Assembly (NCBI GenBank): GCA_040285825.1
Contig: JAUPSS010000010.1
Location: 1,114,881 to 1,178,880, forward strand
Reading direction: 5' to 3'
Source: Eukaryota sp. TZLM1-RC
Taxonomy: Eukaryota > Protista > Metamonada: BaSk clade
Length of the DNA: 64,000 nt
Of the stretch, positions 44,587 to 58,011 are shown piece by piece; position 1 is the stretch's first letter; each line of letters opens with the position of its first letter. The translations under genes were made by a program, and so were the position numbers. The notes under the pieces are model-generated. The model searched no databases and was not told the origin of the DNA. It was given only the letters and a program-made list of their open reading frames with translations.

Positions 44587-45386
44587 TCACACCCTGTACT
44601 TATTACAAATTCGATGCCATCTATATCTACATTGAATATCGGTCCTGCCATTAATCAAAGTGGCCACTTGCTTCCAATTCTTCGTCCCAAAGTTTGCAAC
44701 AGCATTAGCTAATGACTGATCTTCGTCAGCTGCCCAATGCCCTTTTTTAATGCCAGGTCTATGGTTAGAAGGAGAGAAACAACAAACTTCAACACTCTAT
44801 GCCACCGTTGAGAGCATTGATCGGGTGTTTTGCCATTCCCAACAAGCTCAGCAACTCCTTTCCAACCCTTCCAAGAGTCATCAGAGATGCTGTCCATACA
44901 ACTGACAAGGACGTCATCTTCACCAGGCGACCAATGGTTGGCTTTCTTTCGGTAAATGGTGTTGGTTTTGGATTTGCGCTTACGGCTAGGCCTGGGGGTG
45001 GGGTTGCTTGGTTTTGGTGAAGCAGTGTATTCGACATCAGGTTCTTGTTTTACAGAGTATTGGGGAAACACAGGAGACGAATCCCGTGGTGGTGACTCAG
45101 ATAGATTGGGGTAAGCATGAATAACTGGTGTAGACACTTTGTAAGAGGTACCAGAAGTGAAATGTGTGACAGAATCAAATGTTGGAATAACTGGAGTGTA
45201 AGGTCCTGAAAACAATGTGATGGGGTTGTTCCGGAGTGGAATGGGTTTCATCACACTGATTGTAGGAGGAGGAGGGTCATTGTTTGATGTCGATTCGGGT
45301 GATGGTGGGTAATACTTTGAGAATGCTGAGCGACGTTGTGACTTGATCTTGACGGCATCAGATGACCGGAAGGGACCAAGGGTCAT
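44587..45386 (-). CDS. Two-repeat Myb transcription factor, two exons (intron 44759-44787)
   Basis: HWSPGEDD...WKGVAELVGNGKTPDQCSQRWHRVL; removing the 29-nt GTTTG..CTAACCATAG intron restores KPGIKKGHWAADED...WKQVATLINGRTDIQCRYRW; start tentative. Confidence 0.88.
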
Positions 45387-45843
45387 CAACTGTAAAAAGG
45401 TTACAGTAGAGAGACTGTAGAGATTGTTTTTCAATGTTAAATTTCAAATTCAAATGTTTAATAAACTATTCAATAAACCAAATTGGAAAAATGTAACACA
45501 AAGCTCCAGTCAATAACTTTACTTGAACAACATTGAATCATAAACATTCAAATAATTGGAATTGAACGTGGAATTGGATTACTAAAAGTAGTTGTTTCAG
45601 CTGTTTTCATGATATAAAAGGGTGCCAATTACCTTAGATAACCCCATTGAATTATAAATTTCTTAATGTACACAGAAAAGTTCGACCTATTTGTATCAAC
45701 TCTACTTTGACATCGACAAACCATTACAAGGCTGATTCTGTTAATAAATCTCTGTTTACAAGCTTTGGAATTCTTTAGTTGTTTTGTACATCATGAAAAA
45801 TGTAAAAATATTGAGAAAGTCACAACACATTTATTAAACCAGA

Positions 45844-46872
45844 TTAGGAAAATCTATGTGAGATTCGATGCCATCTATATCTACATTGAATATCAGTCCT
45901 TCCATTAATCAACGTGGCCACTTGCTTCCAATTCTTCGAACCACAAATTTTGACCGCACTAGCCAAAGATTGATCTTCTTCTTTGCTCCACGGTCCTTTC
46001 CGAATATCTGGTCTCAGTACCCGATGCCACCGTTGGCTGCATTGATCACCAGTCCTTCCATTACCAACTTGTCTTGAAATCTCCTTCCATCCTTTCCAGA
46101 GCCCCTGACTGCCAAAAGACTCCACAGCCCTCATGAGAGTCATGTCTTCTTCTGCAGTCCAATGGTTAGCTCGTTTCCTGTTGGGAAGGGGGGTAGAACT
46201 CCTTCTTTTACGGGAGCCAGACTTTGTGCAGCGACTAGGTTCAGGGGATGCTGCATCAAAAGAAGGATCCCAATCAGGATCACTTTGGTTCACAAACGGA
46301 GGGGTATCGACAGTTGACGGCTGTACTGCTTCTGAAACAAAAGGATAGTGCTCAGGAAATCCAATTAAGGACTCTGATGAGGAGCGCACTGGTAAAGGTT
46401 GATTTGGCTCTGGCTGACTTAATAGAGGTGATTCTACACCAAGTCCATTCTTCTTGTGTAGCAGAATACTAGAGAAGTCTGCAATCATGGAAGGACTCAT
46501 TGAGTGACTTAAGGTGTTGACTACACTACGTACCCCCTCTTCGGGCTCAACAGCAATGGATTGTAAAGCAGAGAGGATAGTGTCCTTGTGGCAGCTTTTG
46601 GCAAGGTTTTCGGAGAACCTCAAAAGGTCTTGTGAAATGGAGTTGCTCATCGTGGGCTGGGAACCATCCAGTACTGCAGGCAAGCACGGAGGTTGAAAGG
46701 ATTTTACAGGAGAACTAGGGTACAAGCTGATTGTATCACATGGCAGTCCATCTAGTTTACCAAAAAAAGAGGCTGTGGTGAAAATGAAAACTGTAAACAT
46801 ACCGTCTCCATATTCCACAGGAGTAAAATCGATTGGAGTAAGGCTTCTATAACAACTGGAAGAATGGGACAT
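45844..46872 (-). CDS. Two-repeat Myb transcription factor (tandem paralogue); possible in-frame 30-nt intron at 46773-46802
   Basis: HWTAEED...WKEIS...RTGDQCSQRW...GPWSKEED...RTDIQCRYRW; first ATG at 46872. Confidence 0.88.
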   Translation of the reverse strand: MSHSSSCYRSLTPIDFTPVEYGDGMFTVFIFTTASFFGKLDGLPCDTISLYPSSPVKSFQPPCLPAVLDGSQPTMSNSISQDLLRFSENLAKSCHKDTILSALQSIAVEPEEGVRSVVNTLSHSMSPSMIADFSSILLHKKNGLGVESPLLSQPEPNQPLPVRSSSESLIGFPEHYPFVSEAVQPSTVDTPPFVNQSDPDWDPSFDAASPEPSRCTKSGSRKRRSSTPLPNRKRANHWTAEEDMTLMRAVESFGSQGLWKGWKEISRQVGNGRTGDQCSQRWHRVLRPDIRKGPWSKEEDQSLASAVKICGSKNWKQVATLINGRTDIQCRYRWHRISHRFS

Positions 46873-47174
46873 ATCAAAGAGAGCACCCACGGAACGTAAA
46901 GGTGTAGTCAATGGGCTTTCTGGAGATACTCAGAGTAACTGTTCTAGTCACAAAAGATACCCTTGAAAGTGGGTAGACAGACATTTGACAAGTAATGATA
47001 GGTTCAAGTCTTAACCTGTGGTTGATTTTTATGTTGAATAGTATTCAATTCAATGAATACACTTCCCCTAAACATTCCCAATTTCAGTTTTCCCCCAAAA
47101 CTTCCCCAAACAATATGTTATTGTGGATATAATCCCATTGCCCAACCTTTTGTTATGTCTCCTTCTGCTCGCCG

Positions 47175-47310
47175 CATCAATTCTGATGCTTTGCTTTCTT
47201 TTGGATCTGACTATGAGAAAGTTGGAGCTAGTGTTTATGTTTTGGAAGAGATGGACTTTTTAGATGTTGATTTATAGGTTTCTAATAAAAAAAATTAAAA
47301 AAAATATACA
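47175..47310 (+). mobile_element. Short 3' stub of retrotransposon family B
   Basis: DALLSFGSDYE...VLEEMDFLDVDL plus A-rich tail; matches 8405-8520. Confidence 0.7.
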
Positions 47311-50100
47311 CACCTTAAACTTGTGGTCTGTGACATATTACAGTATGAATGGAGATGATGTTATGACATCATTGTGACTGTTTGAAGTAGAAGTGAGAAA
47401 ATTGAAATTTGTTCATTATTTTGACTGGTTACCACACAGGTGAAAGTCTTAAACCTGCATTGTGTCAGAATCATCAAACAAATTTCTGTTTAAACTTACG
47501 AATTAGCTCCCTGTCAAGTATTTTGTGGGCCCTTGTGTTGAGAGAATTTTTCTTTTCGGGATTGTATTTGGTTGAAAAAATTCCAAGTTTTCATTCTAAA
47601 AATTTCTTTTGCATTATTTTACTCACAAAATTCCTTTAAATTGGTTGCTTTCGATCGCTTCCTCATTTTCCTCCTATAACTTTCTATATAACCGTTGAAG
47701 AAGTATTCATCTTGTGGTTTCTTTGCACCTTTCCGATGTTTTAAAAAACCAAGGGAAAATTTCAAAAAATCACCTTGAGTAAAAGAGTCAAAAAGGAGTC
47801 AATGTTATGATCCTCTTTTTATTATCCTCTTTTTGCGCTCCTTTCTTTGGTTTGTTTCGTCATCCAGCTCTACTTAATCTTTATCAATTAGCATTGCTGT
47901 ATGGCAATCACCTTGGTTTAACTTTTTGAATCAGCATGAATCAAATCATTCTCCTTTAAATCTGCTATCACTAATTCTTCAGAATTAAATGATGGTAATG
48001 GTTCTATTGGACTGTCATTCATATGAACATTCCTAAATTTTTGGTGTCTGTTCATTTGTATGATGCTTCTTTTGGATAGTTTAAGTTTTGTTTTTGCACA
48101 TTGTTTCGAGCAAATTTCTTATACGGTGATTTAAATACTTTATGTTGTGATTTAATTGACGAGTAATTGAGTTGATTTAAGAACAAATTATTAAATAAAC
48201 TACATATCAAAGTTCTGGTAACAGATGCAATACTATAGAACAACAGATCTAGAGAGGATTTAAACCAATTTATATAAGCCAAACATTCACATAATATTGT
48301 ACAATAACTTAATGACAGGTTTCAAGTACTTCCGACTACAGTTCTTTATATGCCTAGTGATCAGTGCATTACGACCAATCAATTGGTCCATGTGTGATGA
48401 CATCCAAATATTTAATTATTTATCATCAACAATGAAATAAATTGAAGAAAATCAGCACTTTGTAACATGAATAATGAACTATAGAACTTCCACCTGGACC
48501 AACCCTCAGTTAAAGATAAACTCCTTGATAATCGCTATAGAAGTTTTCCAATAGTAGTTCAATCAAGAATTGACTTTTTCTCGAAGATAAAGATATATTT
48601 ACGATAACGAAAATGCCAAGGTAATCATATGCCCCTCCGATACAAAAGTGGACATTCTGGTCTCTTCTGTTAAATGTAAATAAAAAGTGTTATCTGTGTA
48701 CTAAATTGCAGGAGCTTTTTTTAATTTTTAGATAATTTCAGGGGGTTGCAATTGAAAAAATATAATTAAAAATTTATTACATAATTAATTAAATTTTAGT
48801 CTTGGAGATAAGACATTTTCACTCTTCAGCGACGCCAACAGCACTAACACAAAGCTTCAGCCGTTTCGCCTCTGCAGAAGAAGTCCTTCAGATGATGATA
48901 CCGTTCTGTTTGGTGTAGATTCCAAGATAGTGATTCACTCATTCCATTGTCTGATTGATTTAGTCTTCATGTGACTTCCACAGAATTTCTGTGCTTTTTC
49001 TGTTTTCTCTCCTTTTTATTATGCTTTCCCTCTTGTTATTTAATCAAATTTTGTTATTTGTATTTATTAAAATGATCAATCTTAGATTGAGTATAATATT
49101 GATTATCTAAACAAAAACCTACCTGCGATGGATACAAATCTGTTCCGACACCAATCGGAATGTCTCAGTTAAGCACTGGTCCAGAAAAAACGCCAAAATG
49201 AAGGAGTAATTTATCATCAGAATCAAACATACGAAACAACCAAAATGTAAAACACCTAAAGTGCAAAGACAACAGTGAGAAAGAAAGAAGCAAAAGCTTG
49301 GTGAAGGTGACATTCAACAAACCGAGCAGAGGCGGATGTTGAAACCAAGATTTAACTGCTTTGCTTGCTTTTGGTGTGAACTGGACAGAAAAACGACGCA
49401 GGTACGAGCATTCTCTTGGCATTTGCTGGGAAATGAGCAGACGCTGTTGTGATAGAAGGCGTAGAAACATCGGATGACTCAAGAAAAGACCAGTCATGAT
49501 GATCGCCAGTAAGCTTGTCATGTAGGCGACAAAGGTGAAGAAAGGACTCTGTGATCATTGGGTATTTAACAGTTATTGGTTTTTTTTGGTTTGTGCCACA
49601 AACCTTGTGGTGGTTTTTATTTGAAATGCATACTTTCTTCAAGTATCATTCAAATTTGCTCCAAGAACTTTCATTCTTGGGAGATCGTCGATGGTGTCCA
49701 AAGACGTCTAACAATTGGAAAATTAAAAAATACCTAAGGAAAAGAATTAAAAAGTACCAGCAAAAACAGAAGCAGTGTACGAGTATCAAAGCTGTTGCAA
49801 GTTGACTCAGGTAAGTAAAAAGTTCAGCCAGCAGTTGAATGGAATATGAGGAAGTCCAATCAAAACATGCTGGAATTGAGGGACAAATAGTGGTTTAAAT
49901 ATATTTATGTTGTATATAGAAACTCTGTTACCAATGATATTGAACCGACTGATGAAAACATGAAAGATGTTGGAAAAGATTATGATGGTGATTATATACT
50001 GATGAGTCCAACTCAACAATCAAACCTTAATGCATATCACAAGTAGAAAAAGCAAAAGATGAGAAACCTATGATAGATAAATCTTGTTCTATCAAATTAA

Positions 50101-51504
<1,404 letters not shown>

Positions 51505-51997
51505 TTATATTTCTATCATTCAATAAATTGATTTTTCTTTACAAATTATATTATATGCAGCAAACGTTATGCTTGTTAGAGTTTTGTTTGCACTGAAATT
51601 TTTTGCCCATTTAATAGAGATCTTGTCGAGAAATTTTACCAAAATATTCCTGTACACGGCGAAATGTTGTTTTGTAAGATTAAAAATCAACAAATTTAAC
51701 TAAAATAATATTTAATTTACAAATGATTACTGCAGCCACTATTAAAAATTCTATCCAAAGAATACATTGCCAATAGAAAAAACGTGAAATTGAAGATTAA
51801 GCTGAATTAAACTTAAAAATACGAGACAATGTTATACAGTTGCTAAATCACTTTACCTCAAAATAAGTACTGCCAAAATAACAAAATTTGGGGAATTATG
51901 TCCCTGACTAACCCCAACTCTAACCCTAACCCCAGCCGCTAAGCACAAAAATCATAGCTTCCACGACAATAGAAGGAGTGAAAGCAACTTGAATGTT

Positions 51998-52579
51998 TCA
52001 AGTCAATACAGTGCTATACAAATCTGAAACAATCTCCCTAGTTAATGATTCAATAAGATCAAAACCAATCTCAACTACCGTAGTGGAAACGGAATACAAA
52101 TGTCCAAGAAGTTCATCACTGGCGATAAGTTCTTCGAAAGCTTTGTTTATAGAAGAAGAAGTATTGTCTGGTGGAGTTGAAGATTCATAGGTTTCTGGTT
52201 CGGATAGGTGTGAAGTTTCAAAATGCTGTTCAGATTCCTGGGGTGGTGTAGTTGGCCTAGAGGTGACGTTTGATGAAGGGGTTGAATCATTGTCAAACTC
52301 AATCAACTGAATGATGAGGTCTGGTAGGAATTCCAACACTAAAAAGTCATTGATGATAGAGTCAATGGTGACCAAAGCATGCTGACTATTCGATAAGTGC
52401 TTGCGGATGCGAAAATCACGAAAAGCACGTTGGATTTTAAGAGCAGCAATGTTCTTTCTAAGTTTTGACGGCTTGTTGGAAACTTCTGTAATGTTGTCAG
52501 GAAGAAGCACAGGACGAAAAACGAGACGGTCTAGTTGAGCTCGAGGGGCTACATTAGTTGTGTACGGCTCTGGTTGCAT
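51998..52579 (-). CDS. Hypothetical protein with an IQ-like motif
   Basis: AALKIQRAFRDFRIRK; ATG at 52579. Confidence 0.55.
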   Translation of the reverse strand: MQPEPYTTNVAPRAQLDRLVFRPVLLPDNITEVSNKPSKLRKNIAALKIQRAFRDFRIRKHLSNSQHALVTIDSIINDFLVLEFLPDLIIQLIEFDNDSTPSSNVTSRPTTPPQESEQHFETSHLSEPETYESSTPPDNTSSSINKAFEELIASDELLGHLYSVSTTVVEIGFDLIESLTREIVSDLYSTVLT

Positions 52580-53281
52580 CACAACATAGGATTTATGAAT
52601 CAAAGTACATTATATAGTTCAAAAACACCAACTCTACAAAAAGCAACAGATTCATTATTAACATTGTGTGTCCATGAATAGACTCATTTTGATGATAAAC
52701 TCTATGGAAATAGTTCCACCAGTTTAGCATCAGCAAGATTAATACAATATAGTTCAGTAAACACTACGACAAAAAAGCCACTTAATTTGAGTAAATGATT
52801 AATTACACAACATCAAGTCTGTGGTCTTATTGTCGTAAATTTGTGAATAAATCGAGATGAACTAGCTTTTGACAACCAACGAAACTTCTACTGAATGAAT
52901 GACGACTTTTGCCAAAAATGCTGAAAATATTTGAAGTATAGCAATTCCTTGATTAGTATACTGCCTTAAACAGCAGAAAAAACCTGAGAAAACAACAACA
53001 TCTTGTATTGTGGAGATAGCTAAACTTCACAATCTCTGCTCACCTTTATAAAACGATGAATATATAGGTGATCTATTCAAAAGAATTCAAAGAAAAGCGG
53101 TCGAAACGTTGACGCATCCAGAATGTGAAGAATGCCTGGTGATGTTGATTAGAATATGATGTGAATGTAACAAGAGGAGATGTTGAGTTGAATGAGAATT
53201 TGAATGAAAGGTGCTGAGTGTAATGATTTCTTCAACTTAGCAAGGCAAACACAATATTCTTTTCTCTATACAAATGATTTA

Positions 53282-54532
53282 TCAAACAAAAAGCCGAGAC
53301 ATACAGGACAAAAAACTCTTGCAAAGCTTATCGAGCTCCGAATAAGAATGACTCACCGAAACAATCACTTTTAAACTGTCTGGATAAGGAGAAAACTCTT
53401 CAGAGTTACACGAATCAACCGCCAGCAGAAACCCATTCTCTTGCAACATTGAATTAAGCTTGTGCAACAGTTGTTCATTTTGTAAAGTGGTTCCTCTTTG
53501 AATTGTTATTGATTTAAATGGATTAGATTCGATTCCGGAAAGAATGACGGAACCGTCAAATCTGCTTAGCACATTAACAAGTTGTTCATGAAGATACCGA
53601 CTCTTCGATTGTAACTCCTCCCTTAAATGAGGAGAGGTTTTAGTTATTTGCAGGCAAGTGAGGGCAGCTGTTACCAGATAGGGTGGAACAGAAGCACTGA
53701 AAACATAACCATAAGCTGCCAGACGTTGGTGATCTAGGGCTTCCTGGTGGTGGGACAGACAAAAACCTCCGAGAGAACCAAATGAATACTCCAATGAACC
53801 AAGAAAGAGATCTACATCAGCCAGGGTAAATCCCTGTTCAAAAAGAATTCCCTTCCCACTGGGACCATGGACACCTATGGCAAGAGTCTCATCAACGAGG
53901 ACACGACATTTGTAACGTTGAGCAAGTGAGAGAAGTGAAGAAAATGAGACAAGATGACCATCAAATCTAGAAATGCTTTCCACAACAATCCACTTTCTTC
54001 TCTTTGGACTGGGCTTGGATTGAGCTTCATGATCCTGCTGCAAGAGAGACTCAAGGTGCTTATAGTCTCCATGGCGATATAATTGGAAATCAGCCCTTGA
54101 GATGCGGACACCAGTCTTGAGTGCTGAATTAGTGAATTCGTCCAAGAACACAATGTCACCACGAGAAGCAAAACAGGGGAGAACAGAAGCAGCTGCAGCG
54201 TGGGCTAAAGGATAAAGTACAGCATCTGTACAGTCATAGAAGGCCGCAATCTCAGATTCCAGGTTGAGATGTACTTCAGTGGTACCATAAAAACCTCTTG
54301 GTCCACATGAACCCACACCATAGCGATTCAGAGTTTGACTACACGAATCCAATAGGGATTTATTTTTGGACAAATTGAAATAATCACAGGAAGAAAAATT
54401 GATAAGTGATTGATTAGAGTCGAGTAGCACCTTACAACCAGAAACAGATGAGTATGTCAATGGTGGTGGACGTGGAGTACTTTGTGGTACAAGTGGCTCA
54501 GGGACAAATGTTATAGAATGTTCTGTTGGCAT
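53282..54532 (-). CDS. LCB1: Serine palmitoyltransferase subunit LCB1/SPTLC1
   Basis: PEPLVP, YGVGSCGPRGFYGT.EVHLNLE, GSLEYSFGSLGGFC (no PLP lysine), YVFSASVPP. Confidence 0.9.
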   Translation of the reverse strand: MPTEHSITFVPEPLVPQSTPRPPPLTYSSVSGCKVLLDSNQSLINFSSCDYFNLSKNKSLLDSCSQTLNRYGVGSCGPRGFYGTTEVHLNLESEIAAFYDCTDAVLYPLAHAAAASVLPCFASRGDIVFLDEFTNSALKTGVRISRADFQLYRHGDYKHLESLLQQDHEAQSKPSPKRRKWIVVESISRFDGHLVSFSSLLSLAQRYKCRVLVDETLAIGVHGPSGKGILFEQGFTLADVDLFLGSLEYSFGSLGGFCLSHHQEALDHQRLAAYGYVFSASVPPYLVTAALTCLQITKTSPHLREELQSKSRYLHEQLVNVLSRFDGSVILSGIESNPFKSITIQRGTTLQNEQLLHKLNSMLQENGFLLAVDSCNSEEFSPYPDSLKVIVSVSHSYSELDKLCKSFLSCMSRLFV

Positions 54533-54659
54533 AGAGCGCTCCTACAGAAAGAAACACGTGAAGAGAGATCACAATGAAGAAGGTTGCATAACAGACATCA
54601 TACGAAGGATATTGTTACCTTAGTAGATATCATGATATCATGATATCATGGTGAGATGA

Positions 54660-56020
54660 ATTGGACTATTCCATTATAAGACTGTGTTTTGGTTCCAATT
54701 TCAATCATATATTTCGATCTACAAATCCTCTCGTCACTAGACCTTTGGCTCAAAAGTTTAATGAGTTACGTGCAAAAGTTCTGTCTCAATTACTGGGATG
54801 TAAAATGTTCCAAATTCCAGACCACGCTTACCTTAGTCCACATTATGGTGGTTTAGGTTGGACGAAGGCTTCTATTCTTACTTCGTGTGCTTTTATTGGT
54901 GGATGCAGAAATGCAATCTTTGAGTTTTCCGAAAGATTTGCAGATTGGGAAGATTTATTGATGACAACGCAAAGTTCCACTGTTTTTGCATTAAATGAAG
55001 AAATTTCTAGAATTGATGTAGAAAAATGGGGTCGATGTTTTCCCCAATCATTCAATGGCAATATTCCAGGAAAAAATGTTTTAAATTTGAAGTACACTCT
55101 TCGACCATTACAGAAAAGATTGACTGGAATGTATGAAAAAGATCTTTATAATAATATTTGCAGCTCGGCTGTTTTAAATCAAGATCTTCACTCATTGTTA
55201 TTGGAAAAGGGTGTTTGTGAAAACAAGTCATCAGATTCTTCACTTTTTGTAACCAGTGTACCACGAAGATTTGGATTGTGTGCCAATAATGAAGCATTTG
55301 TAACAAAAATGAGATTATATTTGAATATCCCCATTAATCAATTATTATCAAAGAAAAATGTATTTGTTCGAATTCACCTCAACTCACTTTGCGCCATGCT
55401 CTGAATTGTTCTAAATTGATAACTTTCCGTTCTTCATTACATGATGCTTTTACAGACACTGTTTTCAATATGGCACAAACTGCAAGAATATCGTGTATCA
55501 AAGAGCCTCTGCTGAAGGAAACACTTTCTCTGAATAATTTTGGTTCTGATGATAGAGGTGATGTATACTATGATTGGATTGATAATTCTGAAGCTATTGT
55601 TGACTTTGTCTCGTGAAATGTTGCAAATGATACTTTGGGTCACAGAAGAACACTTAATCCTGTGAGTGCTCTTGATTTTAAAGCAAAAGAGAAACATAGA
55701 AAATATGATAAAGATATTGAAGAGGATAATGCCGATAGAAATACACAGCTGGTTTTTATTGCTTTCCCATTTTCGATAAATGGAAGATTATCAGATGAAG
55801 CAGAAACTTTTGTGAATGACTTCCAAAAAATGGATCAAGTATGGCGTTCTCGGATTCAATTTGCCATTATTTATAGATTACCTCGGTTTTTCAATCGAAT
55901 AAGAGAAGCTCTAGCTAGACAGCAAGCAGATCAAGATTTTGTAGAGGAAATTTTATTCTCAATGATATTCGTCCCATTGGTTATGAATTTATTTAATTAA
56001 GTGTACATGTTCAATAAATA
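54660..56020 (+). mobile_element. Retrotransposon family A copy, 5'-truncated, with stop and frameshift
   Basis: Near-identical to 12105-13490 in reverse orientation. Confidence 0.88.
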
Positions 56021-56835
56021 TTTTAGTTTAATATTCCAATAAATTTCATTGTATTTACAAAAACTGCATTATTCGCACCTAATCCAAAACTTCGTGGCAC
56101 AATAGTGACAAATAGTGATGAATGAGATATTATTTTCAAGATCAAATAAACCATGAACCTCGAAACAACTGGCGAAAAAATTTATAAATTCATACAAATG
56201 GCTCACAATGAAGTCTTGAAGGAAGAAAAGGAAACAAAGCCACCAACGTACGGTTTTTGCGTAACTTTTAATAAATTGTAAAAAAAGAACCAATAGAAAT
56301 TTTAAAAAAAAAACTTTTTGGCGAATATAATTGTGTTTTTTTATATTTAAGGCAATGTCCAAGATGGTCTTTGTTACACTGCTTTCTCTTGGAAGCACTA
56401 CTTGGAACTCACCATGAAAGAGTTCCATCAAGTTGTTTTGTTTTATGAGAGATGAGTTATTTAGATGTTGATTTATAAGTTGTTTAATATAAACAATTGA
56501 CAGTAAACCAAATCACATCACCAACATCTTATATAGAACAGTTCAGCACTTTACAAGGATTCCATGATCTAAGAGTAATTGAAAACCCATTGACTGAATT
56601 TTATAATATTTGGAGATTCTAAAAAGTGGTTTAGACCAATTATTAGCTCGTTGAAAAATTCTACATTATTAATTGTTTTTGTCAATCACTCAAGCATCTG
56701 AATTTGTAATGGTTTGGCTTAATCACCCCGAATTCATATTTGTCTTATGATTTTAACTGATGAGTAATTAAATTAAATTAATTGAATCAAAATGACTGAA
56801 CAAAAAAATAGTAAACAAAAATACAAAATTCACAC

Positions 56836-58011
56836 CTAGACACTAACAGTTTTTCTTGAAATTGGTGGTAGTTGTTCCGATACAAACTCCTTGCGTTCAT
56901 CGACCTTGTACAGTGGTAGAATCGGTATTTGTGGAGCTCTAATCCTGCTTAAAGAGATATCATTAGGTAAGCTAAGTTCAAATGACGTTGAAACTGATCC
57001 AATATTCAGCAGCAGTAACCGAGTTGAAGCAATCACTGAACAGTAATAATTACCACGTCGGAGCTCCTCCTGAACTGATTTTACTGAAATGCCTGCACGT
57101 TCTATTGCCTCTCTCAAAGGTCCTTGTACTAGCATGAATGCAGTAAGTTTAGTGGCAGGTGGTGGAATACGATACATGGAACAAAATTGAAGGTAGAATG
57201 AGGAACTTTTGATTTGACCAAGAGTGAATCGCTTATTAGGCTCTCCATACAGCATACCCTGCAGAAGTTCTCTTGCTGAAGGAGGAATACACGAAGGAAA
57301 CGTGATATTGCCCTTTTGCACTAGTTTAGACAATCTTGACAAAGAAGGGTGATCAAAGGGATACCGACCTGTCAGCATAACAAATAAGCAGACTCCAAGA
57401 GAATACACGTCTGTGGGAGCTCCATGAAACTCTTTTCGGGCGTAAACCTCTGGACTACAATAATGAGGTGACCCACATCGTGAGTTTAGCTTCTTTTTGC
57501 TTTTGATACTGAGGCCGAAATCGCAAAGTTTAGGGGTTCCCTTGTCATCCAATAAAATGTTTTCTATGGTCAGTATATCTTGTGCAATTACCATACCTAA
57601 TTTCAGGTCACGGTGGTAGACCCTGTGGCTATGAATGTATTCCAGTGCCGCCACTAGAAAAAACAATATTCTTCCAGCTGTTTGGCAATTGAATCTACCT
57701 TTTCGGCTGACTAAATTGAACAGGTCAGATCCAGCACAGTATTCCATCACCAAGAGTGTTGCATCTGGCAGATTTATGGCTTCATACAAAGTGACAATCA
57801 ATGGGTGTTGGAGGTATTTGAGTAGAACCAATTCATAACAAATAGCAGATTCAGGTGTTTCGAGCTTTGTGCAATTCTTGGGCAGCAGTTTGAACACCAG
57901 CTTTCTTCCAGAAGGACTGTGTAATCCCGAATACACTGTACCCTCGTGACCTTCATGAAGCAGCTGTTCCAGAACATACTCATTCAAGCAGTAAGGTAGA
58001 TTGATGGTCAT
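56836..58011 (-). CDS. Ser/Thr protein kinase, CAMK group (AMPK/SNF1-related), with in-frame 33-nt intron 57564-57596
   Basis: HRDLKL[GMVIAQDILTI]ENILLD, DFG, CGSPHYCSPE, DVYSLGV; the insert reads GTATG...CTGACCATAG. Confidence 0.9.
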   Translation of the reverse strand: MTINLPYCLNEYVLEQLLHEGHEGTVYSGLHSPSGRKLVFKLLPKNCTKLETPESAICYELVLLKYLQHPLIVTLYEAINLPDATLLVMEYCAGSDLFNLVSRKGRFNCQTAGRILFFLVAALEYIHSHRVYHRDLKLGMVIAQDILTIENILLDDKGTPKLCDFGLSIKSKKKLNSRCGSPHYCSPEVYARKEFHGAPTDVYSLGVCLFVMLTGRYPFDHPSLSRLSKLVQKGNITFPSCIPPSARELLQGMLYGEPNKRFTLGQIKSSSFYLQFCSMYRIPPPATKLTAFMLVQGPLREAIERAGISVKSVQEELRRGNYYCSVIASTRLLLLNIGSVSTSFELSLPNDISLSRIRAPQIPILPLYKVDERKEFVSEQLPPISRKTVSV

